A stretch of 64,000 nt of DNA, taken from the NCBI GenBank assembly GCA_963729715.1, contig CAVSPA010000003.1, positions 256,001 through 320,000 of the forward strand, read 5' to 3'. Position 1 is the first letter of the stretch, and every line of letters starts with the position of its first letter. Made by a program: the position numbers and the translations under genes. Below the pieces are notes generated by a model. It saw only the letters and a list, made by a program, of their open reading frames with translations, was not told the DNA's origin and made no database searches. Of this stretch, positions 28,247-38,510 are shown in pieces. The DNA is from an uncultured delta proteobacterium. GTDB lineage: Bacteria > Desulfobacterota > Syntrophia > Syntrophales > UBA2185.

Positions 28247-29395
28247 TTATCTTACGTAATGAAGGATGATGGCAAACGCCGAGTCCGCGACAATAATGAG
28301 GAATATCGCTGATACGACCGCCGATGTAGTAAACGTGCCCACCGATTCCGCCCCTTCACGAACCTGGAATCCTCTCTGACAGCCGATTCCGGCAATAAGT
28401 CCGGCGAAGACGGCAGACTTAACCAGACTCGATACGATATCGAAGACGGCAATACCTTGCCGGGTCTGCTGGATGTAAGAGTAGGTGGTAAGATCGAGCC
28501 CCACGACACCGACCACGAGGCCGCCCAGTATGGCGAAAAGATCGGCATACAAGGTCAAAAGGGGTACGACAAGGATAGTCGCCAAAAATTTGGGCACAGC
28601 GAGGAACTGGATTGGCTCAAACCCCATGGCCTTCAGCGCATTAACCTCGTCATTCACAATCATCGTACCGATCTCAGCCGCAAATGCCGATCCTGAGCGT
28701 CCGGCCACCAGGATGGCGGTCATGATGGGCCCCAGCTCCTTCACCATGGCAATTGCCACGAGGGATGCCACGTATATGTTCGCGCCGAACTGCTTGAGCT
28801 GTAATGAAGACATGAAGGCCATGATGAGTCCCATGAGAAGGCCGATAAGCCCGACAATGGGAAGGCCGTCGACACCGGCCCTCTTCATGTAGTAGAGGAC
28901 ATCATTCCACCGCATCGAGCGCGGTTTGCGGAGACTGCTGATAAGGGCGAGTATAAGCTCGCCCACGAAACTCATAACCTCGACGAAATCATTAAGAAGG
29001 AACCGGGTGGCTTCTCCCATCTGCTCCAGGACATTCGGGGGTTTCCGCTCCGGGACAAGGGGCGGGATGTGATGCGCTTTTTTGTCAAGCAGATTCAGGA
29101 TGCCTTTGACGTTGTCGGTGATACCATGAAAAGTGACAGAAGCTGACCGGGCCTTCTGTTCCTCCTCCAGTTGGAATAAGGCGAGTGTCCCTGCACTGTC
29201 GAGGTACGTGACTCCAGCGATATCCACCATCAATTTCTTCAAAGGCTTATCTTGCAGCATTCCCCTGGCGTCAGACGTGAAGTCATTCAGATCGTCAAGG
29301 GCAATACGGCCTGAGACGAAGAGAATCACATCCCCCGGCTCGCGGTCTTCGCTACGGAGGTCATACTCTTTTTTCCCGACAAGAGGAGCTTTCAT
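28247..29395 (-). CDS. MlaE-family permease with N-terminal STAS domain
   Basis: YLDSAG STAS motif; KELGPIMTAILVAGRSGSAFAAEIGTM. Confidence 0.88.
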   Translation of the reverse strand: MKAPLVGKKEYDLRSEDREPGDVILFVSGRIALDDLNDFTSDARGMLQDKPLKKLMVDIAGVTYLDSAGTLALFQLEEEQKARSASVTFHGITDNVKGILNLLDKKAHHIPPLVPERKPPNVLEQMGEATRFLLNDFVEVMSFVGELILALISSLRKPRSMRWNDVLYYMKRAGVDGLPIVGLIGLLMGLIMAFMSSLQLKQFGANIYVASLVAIAMVKELGPIMTAILVAGRSGSAFAAEIGTMIVNDEVNALKAMGFEPIQFLAVPKFLATILVVPLLTLYADLFAILGGLVVGVVGLDLTTYSYIQQTRQGIAVFDIVSSLVKSAVFAGLIAGIGCQRGFQVREGAESVGTFTTSAVVSAIFLIIVADSAFAIILHYVR

Positions 29396-29594
29396 AATCT
29401 TCCCAAAGAGTGATGGTGTCTGCGCCTTAACTATATAAAATATAGATTAAGCTTAGTCCGGGTGTCAAGGAGAAGTACCTGAATTTTGTTGAATTATATT
29501 GTATCGGGAAACATAGACCGTTGAGGCTTGGCCTGATAAATAATGGGGTGATGCTTTTTTAAAAGCTATCAATTACCCAAGAGGACGCCCCAAG

Positions 29595-30029
29595 ATGCTG
29601 ATGATAACGCGTCTCAAAAAATTATATTCTTATCTGCTGATAGTACTCTTCTTCGCCCTGATTTCGGCGTGCGCCGCCCCCAAGCATCATATCCTGCAAA
29701 CTGAAAAGGATTATCAGCAGGCCTTCAACCGCGTCTATTTCCAAGGCCATGCCCAGATGGAAGTGCCTGTCAACTATGGCCGAATAGATCTGTTAACAGG
29801 AGACTATGCTATGGAAGTGGAGAGGATCGATAAATTCCACGAAGGCATAGGCCAGGCGCTGCGCTATGCCAAGGAGACGGGCAGAAAACCCGGCCTCGCC
29901 GTCTTTATCACAGATCCCACGGAACATGAGCTTGAGAAATTGAAATACGTGCGGAAGCTCTGTCAGTCCCTCGCCATCAAGGTATGGTATATCAACGAGG
30001 AATTCGAAAAGGCGCACAAAAAAAAGTGA
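29595..30029 (+). CDS. Hypothetical lipoprotein with a PD-(D/E)XK-like motif
   Basis: Lipobox ISAC; RIDLLT..YAMEVE...EGIGQALRY. Confidence 0.65.
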   Translation: MLMITRLKKLYSYLLIVLFFALISACAAPKHHILQTEKDYQQAFNRVYFQGHAQMEVPVNYGRIDLLTGDYAMEVERIDKFHEGIGQALRYAKETGRKPGLAVFITDPTEHELEKLKYVRKLCQSLAIKVWYINEEFEKAHKKK

Positions 30030-30179
30030 GCGCCACTTGTGAGGATGTCCATCCATACCGGCTCCCCAGTAAAGAGGAAGTTAGCAACAGGGGTCGTCTG
30101 TTTCGTTAACTTACGAGTCCCCGCCGGATCGTGTCTCGTAGCTTTTTCATTAATTTTAATCCCGTGACGACAATAAGAC

Positions 30180-30236
30180 TTGACAGCATTATGGAGCGCG
30201 TGTTATTTACCAAACGGTATAACTAACTGGTTAGTT
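30180..30236 (+). promoter_or_regulatory. Promoter (-35 TTGACA) and probable TetR operator palindrome
   Basis: TTGACA at 30180; AACTAAC-TG-GTTAGTT at 30221-30236 just upstream of tetR. Confidence 0.6.
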
Positions 30237-30265
30237 TATTATCGACTCTTTACGGAGGTGCAAGA

Positions 30266-30898
30266 ATGTATCTTCCAGCATCAGCCGGTAAAAAAGGCGT
30301 AAGTGTCAAGCGCATCCTCAAGGCCGCGGCGAGCGTCTTTTCGGAGTCCGGCTTTTCCGGGGCGCGCGTGGATGAGATTGCGAAGCGCGCGGGTGTCAAT
30401 AAAGCCATGATTTATTATCACATCGGCGACAAGGAAAAGCTTTATGCGGAAGTCATCAGCAACATTATCGGCAACACAGCAGAGATGATCGCGGGTAAGA
30501 TAAGAGACATACGCGACCCTGAAGAAAAGCTACGCGTCTATGTACGCACCTTTGCCCGCAATATAGACGATAATCCTCAGGTTGCTCCGGTAATGATGCG
30601 TGAAGTAGCCTCCGGAGGAAAACATCTTCCGGAAGTAGTGGCGCGGGATATTTTCCATATCGTAAATATGCTCAGAGGGATCCTTAAAGAAGGTGTGGAA
30701 AAGGGAATCTTCATAGAAACGGTTCCCTTCCTCATACACATAATGGTTATGGGCGCCATGATAACCTACAAGACCAGCGCACCTATAAGGGCCAGGTATA
30801 ACTGGCTGCCTCCCGGTATAAGGAAATTGGATGACAGGATATCCGGAAATATTGCCGGTGAAATCGAGAATCTCATCTTAAGAGCCGTGAAGACATGA
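30266..30898 (+). CDS. TetR/AcrR-family transcriptional regulator
   Basis: HTH GFSGARVDEIAKRAGVNKAMIYYH. Confidence 0.92.
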   Translation: MYLPASAGKKGVSVKRILKAAASVFSESGFSGARVDEIAKRAGVNKAMIYYHIGDKEKLYAEVISNIIGNTAEMIAGKIRDIRDPEEKLRVYVRTFARNIDDNPQVAPVMMREVASGGKHLPEVVARDIFHIVNMLRGILKEGVEKGIFIETVPFLIHIMVMGAMITYKTSAPIRARYNWLPPGIRKLDDRISGNIAGEIENLILRAVKT

Positions 30899-30902
30899 AG
30901 GG

Positions 30903-32252
30903 ATGGGGAATATGCGGACGAAGAATGTGCATGTGATTTTTTCTGTGACGATATTGCTTTTTTGTATTACTCATGAGACAGCTCTATCTGCGGAAAGGCT
31001 GACTCTGCAGCAGAGTATCGATCTGGCCTTAAGGCAGAGTGTTCTTATCCAGTCGGCTCAGGAAGGGGTAAAAGGGGCGGAAGCCCAGAAGCGGGAGGCT
31101 TTTACGGGATTTCTGCCGAAGTTCAGCACCTATTATAGTTACTCGCGGCTAAATGTGGACCCGACGCTGACTGCCACGCTTCCAGGCGCGCCGGGTCCCG
31201 TTACACTGGTCACAGGGACAAAGGATAATTACAGCTGGGCTGTGGAAGTAAAACAACCCATCTTTGCCGGCGGAGGAATACTCGCAAATTATGAGGCGGG
31301 CCGTCTCGGCCATGAAATCGCGTCGCTGGATGAAACGGCTGTTGTTCAGGACATAGTACAGGAGGTTAGGGTAGCCTATTTCAATATTCTGAAGGCGGAG
31401 AGGGGCCTCGACGTGGCAAGACAATCGGTGGAGCAGCTCGAAGCGCACCGCAGCATGGCCCAGGATTTTTTTGATGTCGGTGTGATTCCCAAGAACGATC
31501 TCCTCCGCGCCGAAGTGGAGCTCGCGAATAGCAGGCAGAATCTCGTCCGGGCGGAAAACGCCTTGGAGACAGCAAAAGCTAAATTCAATACTGTCGTCCG
31601 TAGGGAAATAGATACTCCGACTGAAGTCGAAGACATTCTTGCCCTGAAGCCGTACACAAAGACCTTCGATGAATGCCAGAAGCTTGCCATGGAAAAAAGG
31701 CCGGAAGTGAAGTCCTACACCCGGAAAGTCGAACAGTTACAGAAACTGGTAAAACTGGCCAAGAGTGAATATCTCCCTTCTATAAATGTCGTCGGCCATT
31801 TTGAACGCTACGGCGACAACGCCAATGTTAACGGCAGCCCCTATAAGAATCAGGACAACACGTATGTCATGGGGATGGCTACCTGGAATTTCTGGGAGTG
31901 GGGCCGAACAAAAAACCGGGTAGACGCCAGCCGCTCCCGGGAGAATCAGACGGCATACGCATTGGACAATATAAAAGATCAGGTCACTCTCGAGGTAAAG
32001 AACACCTGGTTGGCGCTCCATGAGGCCGAAAAGCAGGTGGCGGTAACAAAAAAATCAATAGAGCAGGCGGACGAGAATTTCCGCGTCAGCACGGAAAGAT
32101 ACAGGGAGCACGTGGGAACGTCGACGGACGTCATCGATGCGCAGACCCTGCTTACAAAAGCGAAGACGGATTACTTCAATGCCTTAAGCGACTACAATAT
32201 AAGCATAGCCAGACTGGAAAGGGCGATGGGCGTGCGGGAGGTTTTGCCATGA
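30903..32252 (+). CDS. TolC-family outer-membrane efflux protein
   Basis: Two OEP repeats, AYFNIL, DVIDAQTLL. Confidence 0.9.
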   Translation: MGNMRTKNVHVIFSVTILLFCITHETALSAERLTLQQSIDLALRQSVLIQSAQEGVKGAEAQKREAFTGFLPKFSTYYSYSRLNVDPTLTATLPGAPGPVTLVTGTKDNYSWAVEVKQPIFAGGGILANYEAGRLGHEIASLDETAVVQDIVQEVRVAYFNILKAERGLDVARQSVEQLEAHRSMAQDFFDVGVIPKNDLLRAEVELANSRQNLVRAENALETAKAKFNTVVRREIDTPTEVEDILALKPYTKTFDECQKLAMEKRPEVKSYTRKVEQLQKLVKLAKSEYLPSINVVGHFERYGDNANVNGSPYKNQDNTYVMGMATWNFWEWGRTKNRVDASRSRENQTAYALDNIKDQVTLEVKNTWLALHEAEKQVAVTKKSIEQADENFRVSTERYREHVGTSTDVIDAQTLLTKAKTDYFNALSDYNISIARLERAMGVREVLP

Positions 32253-33259
32253 AGAAGAGGATAATCGTCGTAGTTTTTGTCGTTCTCCTTGTAGGTGTTA
32301 GCGCCCTGGTCTATTTCGGACAGTGGCAGTCACAGCGGGGTGAACTTTATTATTCCGGAACGATTGAGGCAACTAACTCCAATCTCGCCTTCCAGGCAAG
32401 CGGCCGCGTCATCAACGTAGCTGTCCGGGAAGGTTACGCCGTAAAAAAGGATCAACTCCTTGCCGAACTCGATCCCACGGAGTTTCAGTCAAAGAAAGAG
32501 CAGGCACAGGCTAATCATGCCCGGTTGATCAAGACACGGGATCAACTCACAACAACTCTTAACATATACAAGAGCACCCTTCCGGCCGATGTCGTAAGGG
32601 CGGGGACAAATGTCACAAGCGCACGGGACGTCATGGATGACGCCCAGAAGAATTATCAGCGGTACGAGCAGTTGTTCAAACGAGGCGTCGTTACCGAGAA
32701 GGAAAGGGACTCCGTAAAGCTCAGCTATGATACGGCTAAGTCTAGACTTGATGATGCCGAAGCTGCCTTGAGACAGGCGAAGAGCAATCTGAAAAAGGTT
32801 GAAGCAACAGAGCAGGAAATAGAAGCAGCCAACTCTCAGATCAAACAGGCCAAAGCGGCTTTCGAACAGTCCGACATTCAATTGCAATATACCCGGCTGC
32901 TCGCGCCGTACAACGGAATCATCACGAGCCGCAACGTTGAACCCGGAGAAGTGGTGAGCCCCGGCCGCGAGGTGCTTTCCATGGCCGATCTCGAGACGGT
33001 AGACCTGAAAATATTTGTGGACGAGACTGAGATCGGAAAGGTGAAACCGGGGCAGGATGTGGATGTGAAAATAGATACCTTCCCCAATAAGGTTTACAAA
33101 GGGAAGGTGACGTTCATCTCACCCGAGGGCGAATTCACCCCTAAGATAATCCAGACCAAGAAAGAGAGAGTGAAACTGGTGTACCTCGTGAAGGTCTCCA
33201 TTCCTAATCCTTCTTTCGAACTGAAGTCCGGCATGCCGGCGGACGCCTGGCTGCGGTAG
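32249..33259 (+). CDS. HlyD-family periplasmic adaptor (YbhG-like)
   Basis: SGTIEA, APYNG, EFTPKIIQT..ER..LVY, GMPAD. Confidence 0.9.
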   Translation: MKKRIIVVVFVVLLVGVSALVYFGQWQSQRGELYYSGTIEATNSNLAFQASGRVINVAVREGYAVKKDQLLAELDPTEFQSKKEQAQANHARLIKTRDQLTTTLNIYKSTLPADVVRAGTNVTSARDVMDDAQKNYQRYEQLFKRGVVTEKERDSVKLSYDTAKSRLDDAEAALRQAKSNLKKVEATEQEIEAANSQIKQAKAAFEQSDIQLQYTRLLAPYNGIITSRNVEPGEVVSPGREVLSMADLETVDLKIFVDETEIGKVKPGQDVDVKIDTFPNKVYKGKVTFISPEGEFTPKIIQTKKERVKLVYLVKVSIPNPSFELKSGMPADAWLR

Positions 33260-33285
33260 AAAAAACTCTTGAGGCAGCGTAAGCA

Positions 33286-34050
33286 TTGTCTTCAAACGGC
33301 ACATCTTTCATTTCTATTGAGCACGTTTCCATGCGCTTCGGCGATGTGGAGGCAGTGCATGATCTTTCCCTATCCGTCGAACCGGGAACCATCTTTGGTC
33401 TCGTAGGGTCCGATGGGGCGGGAAAATCAACACTGCTGCGGATGGTGGCGACCATGATCCGGCCGGCATCGGGGAACATTCTGATCGGCACTCTCGATGT
33501 GGTCCGGGACAAACAGCGGGTGAAACCTTTGATCGGCTATATGCCGCAGCGTTTTGGCCTCTACCAGGACCTGACAGTCGACGAAAACATGCAATTCTTC
33601 ATGGATGTTTTTAATGTCCCGAGGCAGGAACGTGCTCAGAGAAGACAGAAGTACCTCGGATTTTCTAATCTGCTCCCCTTTGTCAGTCGTCAGGCAGGCA
33701 ACCTCTCCGGTGGAATGAAGCAGAAACTCGGATTGGCCTGCGTTCTGGTCCATGAACCGAAGGTGCTGATCCTCGATGAACCGACGAACGGCGTGGACCC
33801 TGTTTCACGGCAGGAGTTTTGGGAAATACTCGCCCAGATGCGCGCGGACGGCATGACCATCATGGTATCCACCGCCTATCTCGACGAGGGAGAAAAATGC
33901 GACCGTCTGGCGCTGATGCATCGTTCCCGTGTTCTTGACGTCGCCGCGCCGCAGGAAATACGCGGCCGTTTCGCAAGCCTCGAAGAGGCCATGATCAAGC
34001 GCATCCAGGAAGTGGATGAGGAGATCGTTCATGATTCCTTCAAACGCTGA
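33286..34050 (+). CDS. ABC ATPase (first half of a YbhF-like pair)
   Basis: GSDGAGKST, GYMPQRFGLY, LSGGMKQK, LDEPTNGVDP. Confidence 0.9.
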   Translation: MSSNGTSFISIEHVSMRFGDVEAVHDLSLSVEPGTIFGLVGSDGAGKSTLLRMVATMIRPASGNILIGTLDVVRDKQRVKPLIGYMPQRFGLYQDLTVDENMQFFMDVFNVPRQERAQRRQKYLGFSNLLPFVSRQAGNLSGGMKQKLGLACVLVHEPKVLILDEPTNGVDPVSRQEFWEILAQMRADGMTIMVSTAYLDEGEKCDRLALMHRSRVLDVAAPQEIRGRFASLEEAMIKRIQEVDEEIVHDSFKR

Positions 34051-34807
34051 GGCCGTAGCTGTAACGGCTCTTGAGAAGCGGTTCGGCGCCTTCGTCGCGG
34101 TGGATAAGATCACCTTCTCCGTAAGAAGGGGAGAAATCTTCGGTTTCCTCGGACCCAACGGTTCCGGGAAATCGACGACCATCCGCATGCTCTGCGGCAT
34201 TCTGACCCCCACGTCCGGGAGCGGCCATGTGGCAGGACACGACATCGCAAGAGACCCTGAGGAAATCAAAAAATCCATCGGGTATATGTCCCAGAAATTT
34301 TCCCTCTATGAAGACTTGACTCCCTACGAAAATATCAGATTCTATCTGGGCGTCTACGCTGTGCCCGAGGACCAGTGGAAAGAGCGCATCGACTGGATAC
34401 TGGATATGACACAGCTTGCAGAGGTGCGTAATCGATATACCCGGGAACTGCCGCAGGGCTGGCGTCAGCGTCTTGCCTTGGGCTGCGCCCTTCTCCACCG
34501 CCCGGAAATTCTTTTCCTCGATGAACCCACGTCGGGCGTGGATCCAATCACACGCCAACACTTCTGGGATTTCATCCGTCAGCTCGCTGCGGAGGAAATC
34601 ACCGTATTCGTCACTACACACTATATGGATGAAGCCCGGCATTGCGGGCGTATCGTAATGATCAACGAGGGTAAAATTGTTGCCGTCGGCAGTCCCGCGG
34701 AAATAATTGCTGCCACGTGTCCGGGGCGTCCTGATGCCGACCTGAATGAAGCCTTTATCATTCTCATGTCCGGGAAAACAACTTCTAACGAGGTATCTCA
34801 CCATTGA
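34031..34807 (+). CDS. ABC ATPase (second half of a YbhF-like pair)
   Basis: GPNGSGKST, GYMSQKFSLY, LDEPTSGVDP, TTHYMDEA. Confidence 0.9.
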   Translation: MIPSNAEAVAVTALEKRFGAFVAVDKITFSVRRGEIFGFLGPNGSGKSTTIRMLCGILTPTSGSGHVAGHDIARDPEEIKKSIGYMSQKFSLYEDLTPYENIRFYLGVYAVPEDQWKERIDWILDMTQLAEVRNRYTRELPQGWRQRLALGCALLHRPEILFLDEPTSGVDPITRQHFWDFIRQLAAEEITVFVTTHYMDEARHCGRIVMINEGKIVAVGSPAEIIAATCPGRPDADLNEAFIILMSGKTTSNEVSHH

Positions 34808-35937
34808 GACTGAGAAATATTAAAGCTGTAACCCGCAAGGAGTTCTATCATTTGATACGCGATTTCCGGAGCCTGTATCTGGCATTTGCCCTGCCGCTGC
34901 TGCTCATTCTGCTTTTCGGCTATGCCTTGAGTCTTGATGTAGATAACGTGGAAACAATCGTGGTGGATCATGACAATACGGATCTGAGCCGTGAGTTTAT
35001 TCTGCGCCTCGAAGGCTCGCCCTATTTTCATGTTGCCGCCCACCTGCCCAATATAAATGCCGCCACCGATTATTTAGACCGTGGAAAGGCGATACTTGCG
35101 ATCATAATACCACCGAACTGGGCAAGAGACATCCACTCGGATCGTGCAGCGCAACTTCAGGTCCTTCTCGATGGAAGCGACCCGAGCTTTGCCAATATCA
35201 CGCGAGGATATGTGAATGCCTTCATCTCACAGTACAACCAGAAACTGCTTATTTCATTCCTCAACCGCCAGGGGATGGACCAGATAAGGCCGCCCATCAA
35301 CGGCCGCGTGCGCGTATGGTTTAACGAAGACTTGGAGAGCCGTAATTTCATCGTTCCCGGAATCATTGCCGTCATCATCATGATCGTGGGGGCCATGCTG
35401 ACCTCCCTTGTCATCGCACGGGAGTACGAGAACGGAACAATGGAAACGATCAAGTCTCTGCCGCTCTCTGTCGGTGACTTGCTGATCGGTAAGGCGATCC
35501 CGTATTTCTTTGTCGGACTGACCGATGTCCTTATCTCCATTCTCATGGGTCAGGTTCTCTTCGGCGTCGTCATGAAGTCCAGCTTCTGGTTGATGATCTT
35601 GGCCTCTTCCATTTACCTGGCCGTAGCATTGACGCTCGGTCTCTTCATTTCCTGCGTCACGAAAACACAACTGCTTGCCAATCAGGGCGCCATTCTTCTG
35701 ACATACCTTCCTTCACTGCTTCTCTCCAATTTCGTCTTCCCTGTGGTCAATATGCCGACGGTCCTGCAGCTCGTGACATACGTCGTTCCCGCCACCTATT
35801 ACGTCAATATTCTGAGCGGCTTATATCTGCGTAACCTTGGGTTCGCCCATCTGTGGCCGAGCTATCTGGTCATGCTCTTCATGGCCGCCGTTCTTGCGGT
35901 CCTGAACTACGCCTTGCTCAAGAGGGAGGGGCTGTAA
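34804..35937 (+). CDS. ABC-2 permease (YbhS-like)
   Basis: KEFYHLIRD, LDGSD, FIVPG, AREYENGTME. Confidence 0.88.
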   Translation: MRLRNIKAVTRKEFYHLIRDFRSLYLAFALPLLLILLFGYALSLDVDNVETIVVDHDNTDLSREFILRLEGSPYFHVAAHLPNINAATDYLDRGKAILAIIIPPNWARDIHSDRAAQLQVLLDGSDPSFANITRGYVNAFISQYNQKLLISFLNRQGMDQIRPPINGRVRVWFNEDLESRNFIVPGIIAVIIMIVGAMLTSLVIAREYENGTMETIKSLPLSVGDLLIGKAIPYFFVGLTDVLISILMGQVLFGVVMKSSFWLMILASSIYLAVALTLGLFISCVTKTQLLANQGAILLTYLPSLLLSNFVFPVVNMPTVLQLVTYVVPATYYVNILSGLYLRNLGFAHLWPSYLVMLFMAAVLAVLNYALLKREGL

Positions 35938-35938
35938 T

Positions 35939-37060
35939 ATGAGCTGGCTTCGCATCCGTGAACTCGTCCGCAAGGAGTTTATTCTGCTCTTCCGCCACAG
36001 GAGAAGCAGGCGCGTCCTCATCGTTGCGCCGCTCATCCAGTTACTCTTGTTCGGATACGTCGTGAATTACGACATAAGGGTGATCCAGATCGCTATTCTC
36101 GATCAGTCCCACACACGGGAAAGCCGCATGGTAGCTGACGCCTTCAGTGCCAATAAAATTTTCAGGATCACCCAGATTTTGCAGAACGACCGTGAACTGG
36201 AGCAGACTCTTTTAGATACAAAGGTCGATATGGCGATCAAGATAGGGCCTGATCTCAGCAAGAAAATCAGAAAAGGAGAAACGGCCGAGATTCAAATCAT
36301 TGCCGATGGAACCATGAGCAACATGGCCTCCATCCGGATAGCTTATTCTATGCTGGTCATTGACAAGTTGAACCAGGACCTACTCAAGGAGCTGTATCCC
36401 CAGCATCTGGATTACGGCAAAATCGACGCGAGAATCAGAACGTGGTACAATCCAAACCTTGACAGTCAGTATTTCTTTGTTCCCGGCATCGTCGCTTTTG
36501 TGATTATGCTGATCGCCCTGCTCTTGACCTCGATTGCCATCATCAGGGAAAAAGAGGCCGGCACAATTGAGCAGTTGATTGTGACGCCCCTGAAGCCCAT
36601 TGAACTCATCGTGGGGAAAACGATTCCCTATATCATCATCTCGATCCTGCAGATGGTCGCAGTTACGATCATCGCCGTTGTCTGGTTCGAGATACCGCTC
36701 GCCGGGAGCGTTATCCTGCTCTTTGTAGCTACATTGCTCTTTCTTCTCTCCACTCTCGGCGTGGGTCTCTTTATCTCTACCGTTTCTTCAACACAGCAGC
36801 AGGCCATGATGACCACATTCTTTTTTCTTCTTCCCTTCTTCATGCTCAGCGGCTTTGTCTTTCCCATTGTCAACATGCCCGTTTTCGTTCAGTGGTTGAC
36901 ATACTTGAACCCTTTGAGGTATTTTCTGGTTATCATCAGGGGCATTTTCCTGAAGGGCATTGGTCTTGAAATTCTCTGGCCCCAGTGTGTGGCATTGACC
37001 ATAATCGGCCTTGTGGTGTTTACTGCTGCCGTAAGACGTTTCAGGAAGCGCCTTGACTAA
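35939..37060 (+). CDS. ABC-2 permease (YbhR-like)
   Basis: WYNPNL, FFVPG, REKEAGTIEQL, NPLRYF. Confidence 0.88.
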   Translation: MSWLRIRELVRKEFILLFRHRRSRRVLIVAPLIQLLLFGYVVNYDIRVIQIAILDQSHTRESRMVADAFSANKIFRITQILQNDRELEQTLLDTKVDMAIKIGPDLSKKIRKGETAEIQIIADGTMSNMASIRIAYSMLVIDKLNQDLLKELYPQHLDYGKIDARIRTWYNPNLDSQYFFVPGIVAFVIMLIALLLTSIAIIREKEAGTIEQLIVTPLKPIELIVGKTIPYIIISILQMVAVTIIAVVWFEIPLAGSVILLFVATLLFLLSTLGVGLFISTVSSTQQQAMMTTFFFLLPFFMLSGFVFPIVNMPVFVQWLTYLNPLRYFLVIIRGIFLKGIGLEILWPQCVALTIIGLVVFTAAVRRFRKRLD

Positions 37061-37076
37061 AGACGGGACAGGCATC

Positions 37077-37772
37077 ATGACAACTTCTGATTCGTCTCTA
37101 AAACATAACCCCTTCGGAGAACTGAAGAACTGCGTCGCACGCAAGACGCAGCCTAAGCCAACGTCAGCGCGCGTATCCAAATGCGAGCCGGAGCCTGCAT
37201 GCGATCCAGAAATTGAAGAGCAGGTTTTTCTCGAAGCCGTTCAGGATGTGAAGCCGATGCAGCAAGACAAACGCGCAGGGAAGAAGATCAGGAGCCGGCC
37301 GCCGAAGGCCGTCAAAGAGCTCCCGGAAACGGCAATCGTCGGTCAGCTTACGAATCTCGTAAAATACGGAGAGGGTTTCGTCATTTCGGATACGCCGGAG
37401 TATATCGAGGGCACAGGCTATGATGTGCATCCGGAGTTTGCCGTGAGACTCCATCGCGGGGATTTTTCCATACAGGCCCACGTTGATCTTCACGGGCAGG
37501 GCGTAGCGGAGGCAAAGAAAACATTCGAAGAGTTCCTGACCGGGGCAGTCAAATCGGGCAGGAGGACGGTCCTGATCATCCACGGGCGCGGTCTCTCATC
37601 GCCCGGTGAGCCGTTGCTGAAAAATAACGTCCGTGAGTGGCTTACCCGCGGTCACTGGCGCAAGTGGGTGATCGCTTTTTCAAGCGCGCAGTCCTATGAC
37701 GGCGGCGCAGGTGCAACGTACGTCCTCCTCCGCCAACGGCCTGTTTCAAAGCGCGTGCGAAAGGGACGATGA
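37077..37772 (+). CDS. Smr/MutS2-domain protein
   Basis: VDLHG, IIHGRGLSS, DGGAGATYVLLR. Confidence 0.88.
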   Translation: MTTSDSSLKHNPFGELKNCVARKTQPKPTSARVSKCEPEPACDPEIEEQVFLEAVQDVKPMQQDKRAGKKIRSRPPKAVKELPETAIVGQLTNLVKYGEGFVISDTPEYIEGTGYDVHPEFAVRLHRGDFSIQAHVDLHGQGVAEAKKTFEEFLTGAVKSGRRTVLIIHGRGLSSPGEPLLKNNVREWLTRGHWRKWVIAFSSAQSYDGGAGATYVLLRQRPVSKRVRKGR

Positions 37773-37830
37773 GCGGAATAATTCATTGTAACTCCGGCAA
37801 ATGTCCTTATCGTGGGCGGGAATAATGGAA

Positions 37831-37852
37831 TGTAGTGCAGACCTTCAGGTCT
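37831..37852. repeat. Second copy of the GTAG-type REP
   Basis: TGTAGTGCAGACCTTCAGGTCT identical to 23366-23387. Confidence 0.6.
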
Positions 37853-37907
37853 TCTTTCATCACAGTGTGCTCCCCCTTTCTTAAAGGGGGATTCGGAAGG
37901 ATTTTAA

Positions 37908-38381
37908 ATGCCCATACGCGAGGTAGGTTCTGTGACGCATACTTTCTTGTTACAAGAGGGAGTCTGGATCGCCCGCGGCCATTACTTTGATGACATGGAG
38001 CGCATGCTGGCGCTCGAGGGAATGGTCAGAATCACGCACCTAAAAGGTCTGTGGCTGAATGAAGGGGAGGCGGAAATCAAGATGGGAGAGAATCCTGTCA
38101 ATATCCACAGTCGCTACGAAATTATTCCTTTCGAAGAAGGCATGAATCAGACGACCTGGGAATCCGTGAACCCTGACCTGGGAATTCTACGGGGCCAAGT
38201 TATCATCGTTGCCGATACGATCATCTCTACCTGCCGCTCGGAAAAAGGTGAATCCACCGGCGCCGAATTCCATATAAGAGTGAGTGACGTTCATTATAAG
38301 AATCGAGGTATTTTCTTGAAAGGAAATGACAAGTTGTCATCCTGGAGCGTCGATCTGAAAAAATCATCCGAAAATTTATGA
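37908..38381 (+). CDS. Hypothetical beta-rich protein
   Basis: 157-aa ORF; GVWIARG is reminiscent of the lipocalin/calycin GxW motif. Confidence 0.6.
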   Translation: MPIREVGSVTHTFLLQEGVWIARGHYFDDMERMLALEGMVRITHLKGLWLNEGEAEIKMGENPVNIHSRYEIIPFEEGMNQTTWESVNPDLGILRGQVIIVADTIISTCRSEKGESTGAEFHIRVSDVHYKNRGIFLKGNDKLSSWSVDLKKSSENL

Positions 38382-38510
38382 AACTATTGTTTTCGAAGTC
38401 ATGAGACGGTTTAGAAAACGGCTTGATTAAGTGGGGCGTTTCCTGTAAATATTCTGAACATCACATCCATCAAAAAAGTTCGCCGAAGCCTGGTCAATGG
38501 AGAAGGGACA

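Noticed and set aside
33286..34807. Split YbhF-like ATPase as a frameshifted pseudogene
   Set aside because: Both ORFs are complete ATPase domains with their own starts, consistent with two genuine genes
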